Shown here: one piece after another, positions 12,888-24,306 of the stretch
Numbering within the stretch: the stretch's first letter is position 1
How the letters are laid out: each line of letters starts with the position of its first letter
Source: Sporopachydermia quercuum
Lineage: Eukaryota
Assembly: GCA_001599295.1 (NCBI GenBank)
Contig: BCGN01000002.1
Span: 1 to 64,000, forward strand
Direction of reading: 5' to 3'
Length of the DNA: 64,000 nt
The notes under the pieces: generated by a model
What the model was told of the DNA's origin: nothing
The model's input: the letters and a program-made list of their open reading frames with translations, nothing else
Databases searched by the model: none
Position numbers and translations under genes: made by a program

Positions 12888-13554
12888 ACATTATGAAATC
12901 AGTGGAATTATTACTTGTAGTTACTGAGAAATTCTTCTTACATGCCACCTGCTCTGACTTAGAGGATAATCAACCGCGTTAGGCGAAGGGATTGATTGGT
13001 AGGTATCGAGGAAAAGTAATGGAGAATGATCATTACGCATAGTTATACTATAAAAGATATTTAGATTGTTTAGTTAATTCTTATGAGTCTTTTTTATGTA
13101 TGTATAACGTTTCTTGAAACGCTTCACCCAAATCGCGTAGGGGCTAACTTCAATTTCCTTGTGTGGATTGATATTCAGAATATGGAGTAGGAGAGAAGAA
13201 AGATTAATGTAGTTTGTTAGAAAGCAACAAATCTTATCTAACACAGTAGTTGCTATGTTATGAAGGGACACAGAATCATATATCTTACGTCTATGTAATC
13301 GTAAACTAGTGTAATCAAATTTTTTCCTACATCCCTAGTAACTATGTCATGCATGGACACATAAAATTCATATATCCACGTTTATGTAGTCAAGTGAACT
13401 AATATGTCAACTTTCCTCTTGCGTTCTCTTCCCAGTAAACCAGAAACGAGTCTTATTATACTTTTTTTTTTTGAAAGGAGTCCTGAAAATTAATCAGTAT
13501 TCCAACAAGGAAAAAACTTATTACTTTATTTCAAGGATTCGTACTGAGGAAAAG

Positions 13555-14760
13555 ATGTGGCCAATAAGAAATAGAACCTATGCATCTATTGCAACCTTGG
13601 GAGTATTCTCAGTAATTACTCTGATTATTCTGCTCCATAGTAGCTCACCAGTAGCACTGTCAATAAGCACAAAGGCACCCAGTCTCCTTTCTAAATCTGA
13701 TGAAGATCCTGATCGAGATATTACTTACTTTAACTCCATCAATAATGTAACATTGGGTACTACAAAAATTATCTTTCTGAATATGCCCAATGCCTACAAT
13801 AAACTAGACGTAATGACTATGCAAAGCGCAGTAACTGGGATTGAATTTGAGGTATGGGACGGGGTAGTAGGTGAAAGTTTGAATCCAAAGCATTTACCTC
13901 CAAATAGTAATAAAATAAGAAACAAGACTGATTTGAGCGACGGTGCGAAAGGTTGTTTTCGTGCTCATGTTAATATATGGCAAGAAATGGTTCAGAAAAA
14001 CTGGCAAAGTGTTCTAGTTGTGGAAGCAGATGCCACTTGGGAAGTTAGTTTGAAACAAGACATGCAAAGAGCAGCAAAAGCTCTTAATGAAGTTACCAAA
14101 TTATACCCAGGCTATGATGAGAAATCAGAACCAAGCGAAAGTGATCCTTACAATACGGCGCAATGGGATCTATTCTATCCTGGAACATGCTGGGATGATG
14201 CAAAGACTTTAAGGAAAGAACAATATGTGAAATATAAAAGTCCTCGAGGACCACTTGGCTACACTTATGATGGTCAAAAACTTGCCGATGAGCGCATCAT
14301 GCGCAGAAGCGGTATACCAACTTGCACTGCAGGTTATATAATCAGTCAACAAGGTGCCAGAAAATTACTCCTTCACACAAGTTTAGATATGAGCACTCCT
14401 ATTGATAACTTAATAGGGGATCTATCGTCAATGAATATCCTCATTTCCTATGCTGCCTATCCCCCTATTATTCAAGTGTGGGGGTACAAACCAAGTATCG
14501 GTGCTGATGATAAACAATCTGATATCAGAAAGGTCAAAGTTGCTGATCAATCCGTGAATGCATGGCGATCTGTCTTTGAAAGTATGTCAGCATGGGAGAC
14601 GAGGAGAGAGAATCTTTATAAGTTTCAGCGCCCCGTACTCAATTCGCTAAAGGAAAAGTTTTACGGGAAAAAGATTGTTGAAAATAGCAAATTGGATAAG
14701 AAATTCCTCTCAACTTCTGCGCTCAATGAGAAATCTTCTGCGAAGAAGCAAGATGAATGA
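13555..14760 (+). CDS. Fungal GT25-like glycosyltransferase, paralog 1
   Basis: TM helix, then NNVTLGTTKIIFLNMP, GCFRAHVNIWQEMV, VLVVEADATW, WDLFYPGTC and CTAGYIISQQGARKLL. ATG 13555 is preferred to the TTG at 13471. Confidence 0.8.
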   Translation: MWPIRNRTYASIATLGVFSVITLIILLHSSSPVALSISTKAPSLLSKSDEDPDRDITYFNSINNVTLGTTKIIFLNMPNAYNKLDVMTMQSAVTGIEFEVWDGVVGESLNPKHLPPNSNKIRNKTDLSDGAKGCFRAHVNIWQEMVQKNWQSVLVVEADATWEVSLKQDMQRAAKALNEVTKLYPGYDEKSEPSESDPYNTAQWDLFYPGTCWDDAKTLRKEQYVKYKSPRGPLGYTYDGQKLADERIMRRSGIPTCTAGYIISQQGARKLLLHTSLDMSTPIDNLIGDLSSMNILISYAAYPPIIQVWGYKPSIGADDKQSDIRKVKVADQSVNAWRSVFESMSAWETRRENLYKFQRPVLNSLKEKFYGKKIVENSKLDKKFLSTSALNEKSSAKKQDE

Positions 14761-14830
14761 TGAAGTGGTACATTTTATCCTACTATTAGCTTGAGCCGAA
14801 GGCGAAAGACCCAGACTACATGGTCGCTAC

Positions 14831-14910
14831 TGGGTCAGTTGTGGGTCAGTTGTGGGTCGCTGTTGGGTCAGTAGAGGGAGGTAGTTCCTGTCCGGTATAT
14901 TTACCGGACA
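14831..14910. repeat. G-rich ~11-bp tandem array (TGGGTCAGTTG), one exact telomere unit, and a 9-bp hairpin
   Basis: Four TGGGTC-based units at 14831-14872, GGGAGGTAGTT at 14876-14886, and TGTCCGGTA-TATT-TACCGGACA at 14889-14910. Confidence 0.75.
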
Positions 14911-15084
14911 TCCCATGTCAAGGGTAGTTCCTCTACATTCCTTTTGAGCCATGTGCTTCCGTGTCTACTTCCGCTTGTACTTCCATTTGGTTACGTCTAC
15001 TGTTTATTTCTATTTACTTAATCCTTCTTATTGATTTTACACACTTTTTAGCATTAAAAATAAAAACGTATATATATGTATCGA

Positions 15085-16765
15085 AATATATTGATGGAGG
15101 GCTATTGTTTTGTGGTTAAATGTAATTTGTTGTTTTTCTATATCTAGCCGGATTTTGTAGATCGACTTAACATCCTTCTTGATAAGGTACTTTAAAGGAC
15201 CACCAAAAATTCTGAGACGGAGCAGTGTTTTTCTGTGATTATGTAATCTCCGTTTAACGCTGGTTTGTATGTACAGGTTGCGTTACTTTTATTTGGACAT
15301 GTATTCACAATGCATTCACATACATTAGATTGAAAGCTTATTCCATTACTTCGGTATAATTGCGAATAAAGTTGATACAGTAAAGTGCAGCTTCATGTAT
15401 AGTTCAGCGAAGTCTACATGATGCTTTTTCTCAACATGTCTTGCTCATATGTCTTTTCTTAACCCCGACCTTACTTCACGTATCATCCTCTCCTTATGAA
15501 TGCGCTACCTCTCGCACTGCACCGACTTCGATCGGTTGTGTTAATATATGATATGTAGATTGAATATCTATAATCTATTTGTAATCACAATTTTTTTGTT
15601 ATAATAGCTTCCAAATCTGACTGCTGTAATGCACTTTTTGAGCTTCGTGCATGGGAGGTAGTCGAGATCACCTTCGCGAAACTACTCTCGTGCTCACTAT
15701 TCATGCTACAATGATCCAATCAAGCCAAAAATCATATTATAAAACTAAATTCATATATATTATAAGCACCATAAATTCGTAAACCATATCTCTAACCAGC
15801 CTTCCGTAGTTGATAGCGTATTGGTAGCGTATACAGATCATTAAGAAGAAGTAGTTAAAGTTATTACTAAAAGTATGATTATGGTTTAACTGATGATTAT
15901 TTAAGTTGGATATATATCTGGTTATTCCAGAAAACTCTGGAATAACTGGTAGTGGTTCACTGTATTGCTCGACTAGAACAAGTATTAGAGATAGCTTTTG
16001 TTAAGGGGAACGCACACAAGAGGTTCACTTAACTGATCAGTAAAGCTTTGTATTGCGATCGATCATTGTTAGTGTTCAATATATCTTACACACTTTCAGC
16101 AACTCTACAGGTCAGTAAGAGGCGCGTCTTAACAATGACTTGATTCAAAATATATAAAGAAACCAACTCTATTCTATACAGTCTGTTATTTTGAAAGTAG
16201 ATTTATTAGAAACCTGATTCTTATATTAAAAAATAGAAGTTATTTATTTATGTAGAGATGAATATATTCAGAAATATATATATAGTGGTAGATCATCAGA
16301 AAATCACGCGTTTAATGCACTGCACATTCCAGTTGGGAGGTAGCTGTCTTCATTCGTTTATTCGATGTTTATATCTTCCTATTGCGTAATAATGTTTGTT
16401 TATTATTAGTAAATTTTTGAATTACATATGTTCATGAAAGTGTTGCTTACCGGGGTCATATGTACTACAGATTCTCGTGAAAATGAAGTAGTACAATAAA
16501 CTTTCAATCTAATGTATGTGAACGCATTGTGAATACATGTCCAAATAAAAGTAACGCAACCTGTACATACAAACCAACGTCGAACCGAGATGACATAATC
16601 ACAGAAAATCACTGCTGCGTCTTACTTTCTTTGATGGTCTTTAAAGTACGTTATCAAGAAGGATGCTAAGTCCATCAACAGAATCTAGCTAGATACAGAA
16701 AAACTACAAAATACATTTAACTACACAACATAATAAATAGCCACCTATCAATATAAAAAATATAT
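15085..16765. repeat. Inverted repeat with ~270-bp arms (about 15085-15352 and 16484-16765) around a ~1.1 kb non-coding spacer
   Basis: Includes a 53-bp exact inverted match (15261-15313 with 16524-16576). The outer parts are more diverged. Confidence 0.88.
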
Positions 16766-18127
16766 TTATAATGCTACTATTCAGAAGATTATAATAAATA
16801 TTTGCTTATCTTTGGCTTGGTTAAAACTGTATAAATCGTCGCAAGGTAAGATGAGTGATACTTGAAGTTGGTCTGATCAATTGAGAATAACACCAACAAA
16901 TAACTCATAAAGGTAAATTATTTATTAATGTCCGTAAAAAAAGAAACGACATCATAAAGTAAACAAATAACTATTAGAGGTAAAATATTTATTATTGACG
17001 ATAGAAAGAAACACGTAAATAGAGTAACCAGGAACATGCCAATCACTGTGGCGATGATGTAAATATTGATGTACTACTTGAAAAATAGAGAAAAATGACA
17101 ATGCGATAGAAAAAGCCGAAAGGTGGAAACACTAGCCTAAAGCGGGCTGCACGTGACTGTCATGTGACTGAAAGTTACTGGAAAAAGACGGATCACTCTA
17201 CCGACTATCTACCTACCAACAGACTTGGTCAAGCCACAAATGTAAGTGTGATGCATGTTCAAAGTATATCGAGCAAAATCTGTTCCACAAATTGATGAAG
17301 GCCTTGTTACTGACACCCTTACTGTCCACCATAATTTAGACACATTTCTGCATTTTGAGTACTAATATTGGTATCAACTGCATCGCTCCTAGGCTTGAAA
17401 ATCAGCGAGGAACTTAAAATCGTTCTTGGCAATAGATAGTTACCTTACTTGGTGTTCAATGAGGGACTACCACTAATGGCTTCGAATAGAGGATTAAATC
17501 ACAATATAACCAAACTGTGAAAATGTATGATTTTTAGTATATTATATCAAACCTAAATTCTAACTCTGACTTCAGTAGTCTCGAAGTGTAACTTGAATTA
17601 ACTGTGTGAAGGTTCATATGCTGAAACTATCTTCAGGACGTATTTTGGGCCTAATCATTTTAAACCATCACCGAAAAGAGAAGGTGTTGTGTCGAAGTTC
17701 ATTTAATGATGAAATTAAAATCAGGACCTATTTTGGGTTTGATACCTTTTTAGTCATCCCGAAAGGACAAGACAGAACCTTACAAATGATACATTTCAGA
17801 AGAAAAAATAATTAATTAATTGTTAGTTTTTGACTTAGGCGTAGACGAGTGGGAAACCTTTAGAATGAGAAGCAACAAAATGACGGAAGACTATTATTTG
17901 TAGAACGTTTGTTGTCTCTCGATATTGCGAATTGTCAAAGAGGTCTAGACGACAAATTATTATTATAAATTTTTTTAAAGAAATCAATCTAAATAGATAT
18001 TATATTTAATATAATCAATCATTAAAATAATATTTCATCCACGTGTGATAAAAATAATACGTTGGAGAGCTTTTGCCCTGTGATGTATAAGGAGTGCTCA
18101 CCCTTTCTGATTTACGCTATCGTTAAT

Positions 18128-19612
18128 CTAATCTTTATCCCACCAACTAGGGGATTTGTAATCATTGCTACTGTAATCAGTTTCATTATTACGATATTCA
18201 AGTGGCACTCTTTTCCGTCTCATCCAATAAAACAACCAATCATTAATAATTTTCTGTCCCGGAAAGTGTACCACCCAATCATTATCAGCCCAACTGGCAT
18301 CGAGATCATTTACACTTGATTCATATGCATTCATCAAATTCTGACTAACCATGGCAATTTTCTTCTGAAAGAATCTGCTATTGACAAAATGTGACGATAA
18401 TACATCTTGATCAAACCAGCCGGTCGGGAAATCAACAAATAACTGGTTGTCCCAAAACTGCAAAAATAAGTTTGTCCATTCTGTGCGTCTAAATATAAGA
18501 ACACCAGCATTAACTCCGAATAGATCATTGGCTACAATGATATCCATATTATTTACATCTTCAGGTTTTATCACCCTTGGAGGCTCGATATCACTTAAGG
18601 AGAGCCCAACTGAAGAAACAAGTTTCCCGACGTTCATATCTGGCTCAACACCGTAAAGTTGGTTGATAAAATCAAACTGTGTTGTTGCTTGTGCTCGTAT
18701 AAGTGGTCTTCCATAGGATAATTTATGTGCTAATGCTTTAGGATGCAATAGATGTGATGCTAGGTCGATCTCAGAATTCATAATCAACGCGTCAGTGTCA
18801 ATCCATACAATCCATTCAGCTTCAGGAAAGTCGTCAAATGCATTCTTGAGTGCAATTTGTTTACTCCAATATCCTCTTCTGTCAGCAATATTTATATCTT
18901 TTGAATTCATATCGTAAAACTTGACATCATATCCATGGTAGCGGGCATATTCTTCTCGATTTTGTCTAACCATATCAATTAAGTTTTTAGCCTTCAAATT
19001 CTTACCATCGCTGGCGGTCACGAGAACAATCTTTTTACCGGCTGGTTGCAGTACTCCATCATCATCATAATCATCTTTCGCGAACTCTATTTGCGTTTGA
19101 CGTCTGACAAAATCCCTTAGCATTATTTCTTGTCCCAACAAAGTCAACTTAGCACTTTTGATCCTCTCAAATGTTTCATTAATATGCCCTGGAAATTTTA
19201 GTAAATCGATACGATGTGCTTTATTCAGACTCAGCTCACTAGAAATGTCGTTTAACTTCCGTTCATTCAAAACATCAAAGCCGATAAGTGTATCAAGATC
19301 ATTTGACCTTTCTTGTGCAAATTCTTTTATTGATTGGACGTTAATATTCTGAGGCTTATTGGATTCTGGAGAATACCTATCATTGTTGCTAGTTAGAGGA
19401 GTAAGCGGTTTGGTCCCAACATTTGAAGGATCTTCATGAGCACTTTCTCCTAGCTTGGTTCTGTGCAGTAATACATCATATTCTTTAGGAGGAGGTATTT
19501 GTGTTACTTTAAACCCATAAATACTAAATAATGCAAAAATGATAAAAGCTAATATTCTTCTTCGCCTTTTAACAGCTACACGAACAGGTAGAATTTCTGA
19601 GAGTTTGCTCAT
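18128..19612 (-). CDS. Glycosyltransferase family 34 (GMA12/MNN10-like)
   Basis: TM helix, then KIVLVTASDG, NREEYARYHGY, WSKQIALKNAFDDFPEAEWIVWIDTDALIMN (DxD), GVNAGVLIFRR, DQDVL and DWVVHFPG. Confidence 0.88.
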   Translation of the reverse strand: MSKLSEILPVRVAVKRRRRILAFIIFALFSIYGFKVTQIPPPKEYDVLLHRTKLGESAHEDPSNVGTKPLTPLTSNNDRYSPESNKPQNINVQSIKEFAQERSNDLDTLIGFDVLNERKLNDISSELSLNKAHRIDLLKFPGHINETFERIKSAKLTLLGQEIMLRDFVRRQTQIEFAKDDYDDDGVLQPAGKKIVLVTASDGKNLKAKNLIDMVRQNREEYARYHGYDVKFYDMNSKDINIADRRGYWSKQIALKNAFDDFPEAEWIVWIDTDALIMNSEIDLASHLLHPKALAHKLSYGRPLIRAQATTQFDFINQLYGVEPDMNVGKLVSSVGLSLSDIEPPRVIKPEDVNNMDIIVANDLFGVNAGVLIFRRTEWTNLFLQFWDNQLFVDFPTGWFDQDVLSSHFVNSRFFQKKIAMVSQNLMNAYESSVNDLDASWADNDWVVHFPGQKIINDWLFYWMRRKRVPLEYRNNETDYSSNDYKSPSWWDKD

Positions 19613-19936
19613 AACGAATATCAATACCAGAAATAAAAGAAACTACTAGCAGCCGTTCTCCACATGTACATAGTCTGAAATCGCAACTCGATAGAAGATT
19701 GAAAAAGAAAAAGAAAAAAAAATAAAGAAAGAAAGAATAGAAGAGAATATTTGTCCTTGTAAAGCTTTCGCTTAATACGAATCTTACAACTCGCAGGGTT
19801 TAAATAAAACTGCATGAGATACCAGTTGCCCTACAGAACGAAACTAATCCATTTGCCAATCGAAGATGAAGGGAAATAACGTCTATGTTTATATAGCTAA
19901 GTTGAAACCTTATTTAATTATAATCTGATGTTAGTC

Positions 19937-20372
19937 TGTAATACGGAGGAGGCGTTGTCCTTAATAATTCTAAGTTTATTAAGTAATTATGTATATAGGA
20001 TATATCATAAAAGCCTTATTTTCTATATTAGTCTTCTTAGCTATGTGAAATGTAGAGGAGTATTTTCGAGTTGCTTTACAGCTACTTCCTCATATTTAAA
20101 TATTCCCTTTTTTGTGTTATTATCTTCTTTCTTTCTTGTTATGTGAAAACAATCATATATTCATTCACATTCGAGTATCTTTCCTCTACCATTTAGACTT
20201 TACTACTTCTCATGCACGTAGGTTCAACCTTAACCTAATATTGTAGCCAGTAACTGATCACATAATCCTAAGTATATGCAACTTGATGCAACTCCCTGTT
20301 CTTCCTACATAGAGATGAACTTAAAATGATATCAATAAAGTTCGGGACAGTAACTTTATTGCAATTGTTAGA
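19937..20372 (+). mobile_element. Solo LTR
   Basis: TGTAATACGG...TTGTTAGA (terminal CA changed to GA). Nearly identical to the reverse complements of 22527-22953 and 36499-36935. Flanks are TAGTC / CCAGA. Confidence 0.88.
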
Positions 20373-20669
20373 CCAGAACCATGGCCATAAATAGGCTCAA
20401 TAGCAGCCATCTCTCTGGGTCCGGCTCATTCGACCACTGAAACTTCTCAATCAGGTAGAGGTTAGTGTTCCCAGTCATTTGACAGCTCCTGTGGTATATA
20501 TTGATTTGATTTACTCGCTCGAGTGTTCACTAAACAATATACTGTTTGTTGCACTTCAAATATTTATGCAACTCAATGACTGAAAGAGATTTTCCCTGTT
20601 ATTATATTTTGTTTTGATTCTTTTTTTATAATCTTCTCAAGATATAAAGGGCGTAAAGAATTCAAAAAA

Positions 20670-22187
20670 ATGGCTCCTCAAAAAAAGCTTCAATGGATTG
20701 AGGTATGTCTGTAATTGCTTAGACTTGAACGAATACAATCCTAAAACAACAGCTAATCATAGTACTCTTATATGTACTCTTATATCACTTTCTATTGAAT
20801 ACTATTGTTGCAATTATTAAGGAGTTGTCACGACTAACAATTTCTAGGGATTAAGAGGTGTAGCTTCCTTTTTAGTTGTAGTGACACACGTATGTCGCGC
20901 GTTCGCACCTCTCTTATTTCGTCCTTCTAATGGAGAAGGCATTGCACCAGGTTTCTTGCAACTCCCAATTATTCGTGTGTTCATTCAAGGTCGCATCGGT
21001 GTGGCATTATTTTCCTTAGTAACTGCCTACGTTTGTGCTCTGAAACCAATCCGGCTATGTAATTCGGGAGAGCAGACCGAGGCTCTAGCATCATTGAGCA
21101 AATCATACATACGTAGAATACCTCGTTTATTGATCCCTACTACTTTTTCAACTGTAATCATTTGGCTACTAGTGCAATTGGGAGCTCTAACCATTGCAAG
21201 AAGATCAGACAGTCAATGGTTAAGAGATACTGCAGCAGCAAAGAGTCCCAATCTTCTGTCGGCTATTTGGTTTCTTCTCAAAGATATTGTTAAAACATGG
21301 ACAAGAAACCAGTGTCACTACGAACCTAACCAATGGACACTATTACCTTTGCTTATGATTTCCATAAGAACTTTCATGTTTGTTCTTGCGACATCTAATA
21401 TTCAATCAAAATATCGAATGGGATTATGTTTGGGACTTTTGGGTTATTGGTGGATTTTTGGCGATCGTAAGTATAGGAAAAGTGAAATTGTCAACAACTC
21501 ATAAATGGATCGAATCTAACCAAGAAAACTGTAGCTACATTTGGACTTCCTGGTTATTTTGGTATATTCTTTTGTGAGTTTCAACTTAACGGATACTTTA
21601 AAATTTTTATCAGAAAGTATCCTCTGACTTGTCATTTCATAAGCACGACATTAATTATTGTTGGATTATATGCCGCGTCAGTTCCAGAGAAAGAAGAGAC
21701 TTGGACTCAGTGGTCTACTAACCTTCACAATTTTTTTGAATCAATTATTCCCAAAAATGCATCAGCTGATAGATTCGGAACATTTGTTGGAGTAGTTTTG
21801 TTAGTTTTTGGTTTGCATTTTTCTCCTGCAGCTTGTAATCTACTATCCAACAAGTATTTTTTATGGCTTGGAAAACAGTCGTTTGCTGTGTATTTACTTC
21901 ATGGAGTTATGATGAGAACAGTACTTACATGGATGCTGTACGGGGTTTCTCTACCAGCTGATATAAAAAATGATAAAGGGGATATGGTGAATGGACAATT
22001 AGTTTATCCCGGACATGTATACCTTTTGGGCTGTTTAATAATTTGGTTCCCAATGTTGTATGCCATTGCGAACCTTTGGATGCTCTATGTTGATCCCATT
22101 TCGGCCCGTTTAACTCAAGTCACTATCCAATTTTTGTCGAAATCTTCCGAGGAGAAAACTAATGAGACAATTCGACACATAAGCTAG
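20670..22187 (+). CDS. Acyltransferase-3 family membrane O-acyltransferase, paralog 2. Exons 20670-20702, 20848-21466, 21535-22187
   Basis: WIE-GLRGVASFLVVVTH, QGRIGVALFSLVTAYV, RRIPRL and WLGKQSFAVYLLH. Intron positions match those of paralog 1 and the spliced frame is open. Confidence 0.88.
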
Positions 22188-22526
22188 AGCACAGCAAACG
22201 TACTAATGGAGAACGTATCGAATAAAAGGTAAGAACAGAATAAAAACTCGAATCTCATAATTTTATCGTTAACTTTTTTTTCCCTTTCATTGTAAATAGA
22301 TTACGTTGATTCACCCCGCAGATCTAAGTAGATAATCTCAAACAGAACCACGGCCTTCAACCATAGAACAGTAACTGAAACAAACTGTTTGTTGGAAGAA
22401 ACCAAAAATTTGAGTAATGAAAACTACCAACTTGTTCGAGCAGGGATCTGTAATATCAGAACACCCATGAACCATCACTAGATTTAGAACATCGAAGTAC
22501 AATTAAAGTTTGAGAAGGCATGACTA

Positions 22527-22953
22527 TGTAACAATCACAATAAAGTTACTGTCCCGAACTTTATTGATATCATTTTAAGTTCATCTCTATGTAGGAAGAA
22601 CAGGGAGTTGCATCAAGTTGCATATACTTAGGATTATGTGATCAGTTACTGGCTACAATATTAGGTTAAGGTTGAACCTACGTGCATGAGAAGTAGTAAA
22701 GTCTAAATGGTAGAGGAAAGATACTCGAATGTGAATGAATATATGATTGTTTTCACATAACAAGAAAGAAAGAAGATAATAACACAAAGAAGGGAATATT
22801 TAAATATGAGGAAGTAGCTGTAAAGCAACTCGAAAATACTCCTCTACATTTCACATAGCTAAGAAGACTAATATAGAAAGCGAGGCTTTTATGATATACA
22901 TAATTACTTAATAAACTTAGAATTATTAAGGACAACGCCTCCTCCGTATTACA
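22527..22953 (-). mobile_element. Solo LTR, inverted relative to 19937-20372
   Basis: TGTAACAATC...CCGTATTACA on +. Flanks on + are GACTA / TCTGG. Confidence 0.9.
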
Positions 22954-24306
22954 TCTGGCCATGGTTATAGTTGTACCGATATTGTATTTATAGTTAAAGT
23001 ATTGTTAATTAAGGTTTACTTTTAAACACTAAAAAAATGAATAATTCAATTTGGAAGTAGAAACATTAGCCTTCGTTTAAGTTCAATATAAGGAGTTTAA
23101 ATTGATTTTACTGAGCCTCAAATAAAACTGAAAATAACCACAGACTCTTACTGGTAGAAACCCAAGATGAGAGTATGTCTCATTTGAATGCATTACATTA
23201 CATTCATACAACCTTTTTCAGTACATACGCAAAATTGATTTATTGACAAATAGTTCCATTTCTTTATGTCTTGAAACTCTAGCATAATAATGTCGTCATT
23301 TTTAATTTGTTGTCGACTTGAGGTCGTGGAGCGAAGTATATATAACACTTCTTTCTTCACAGAGGGATCGATTACAGTTAATTTTTTGAATCACAATAAG
23401 TAAGCGGGTATACAAAAAACAAGTGTAAATAAAGTTCTTTTAAATGAAATGCTAAAGTAGTATTAGCTTATATTAGCTTGAAGCTAGCCATCTGTATTAT
23501 TCCTCGATTGTTGATATTAGAACCCTCACGTAATTACTATGAAACAAGTTTGTTTGCGTCAAATTCCATGATATACCAGAGATTACAAAATACGGGCAAA
23601 CATTTTAGTGACAGTTAAGTACTTTATAAAGTTTATAGGTTCCGTATTATACGAATAATCTGATTTCAACAGGTCCTTCTGTAGAATCAATTACACCATA
23701 AGTTCAATCTAGTATTATCAAGTTTATCCTCCTGTATTATGATTATTCATTTCTTAAATCATTTGTTATTATCAACAAATTTTCACGTGTGCGAGTTACC
23801 GTTGAGATACAAGAAGATACAACGAGTTTCCTGGCTTTTCTTCGATTGCAACAAGCTTGAATTTTGGTTTGAATTTAGCTCGAATTTAACTTGAATTTGG
23901 GTTCTAGGAGGCTTTCCAAGGTTTGATTTATCTCAGAAAAGAGTATTATTAATTGTCCGTAGTTGATACGCATGAATGAATATACCTCCTCTTCGTTCTG
24001 GTAGTCAAGTACGTATAGTTATCTTTTTCAGTATGGTTTATTAATCTTAATTCTTTCTATCTTTGCTTTTCTGGGACACGTACGTTTTAAATTGATCGAC
24101 AATTTATATTATTAAATGTCATTAGGCCGAACACTTCTCCAGAGTGTTGAGTTACAGATGCAATTCTACTTGACTCTTGCTTTGCTTGAGTTTTTCTTTA
24201 TTGTTGGGAGGTCGTAGTGTGTTACTCAATCAACTGAATAGTATCGAATAAACTGATATCGTTAATGGTTTCCCTTTACGATATCTAATGTAACAGAATA
24301 ACCAAA

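Noticed and set aside
19928..20146. 72-aa ORF and its twin at 22753-22962
   Set aside because: Both lie inside the LTR copies, so the similarity comes from the repeat and not from a gene family.
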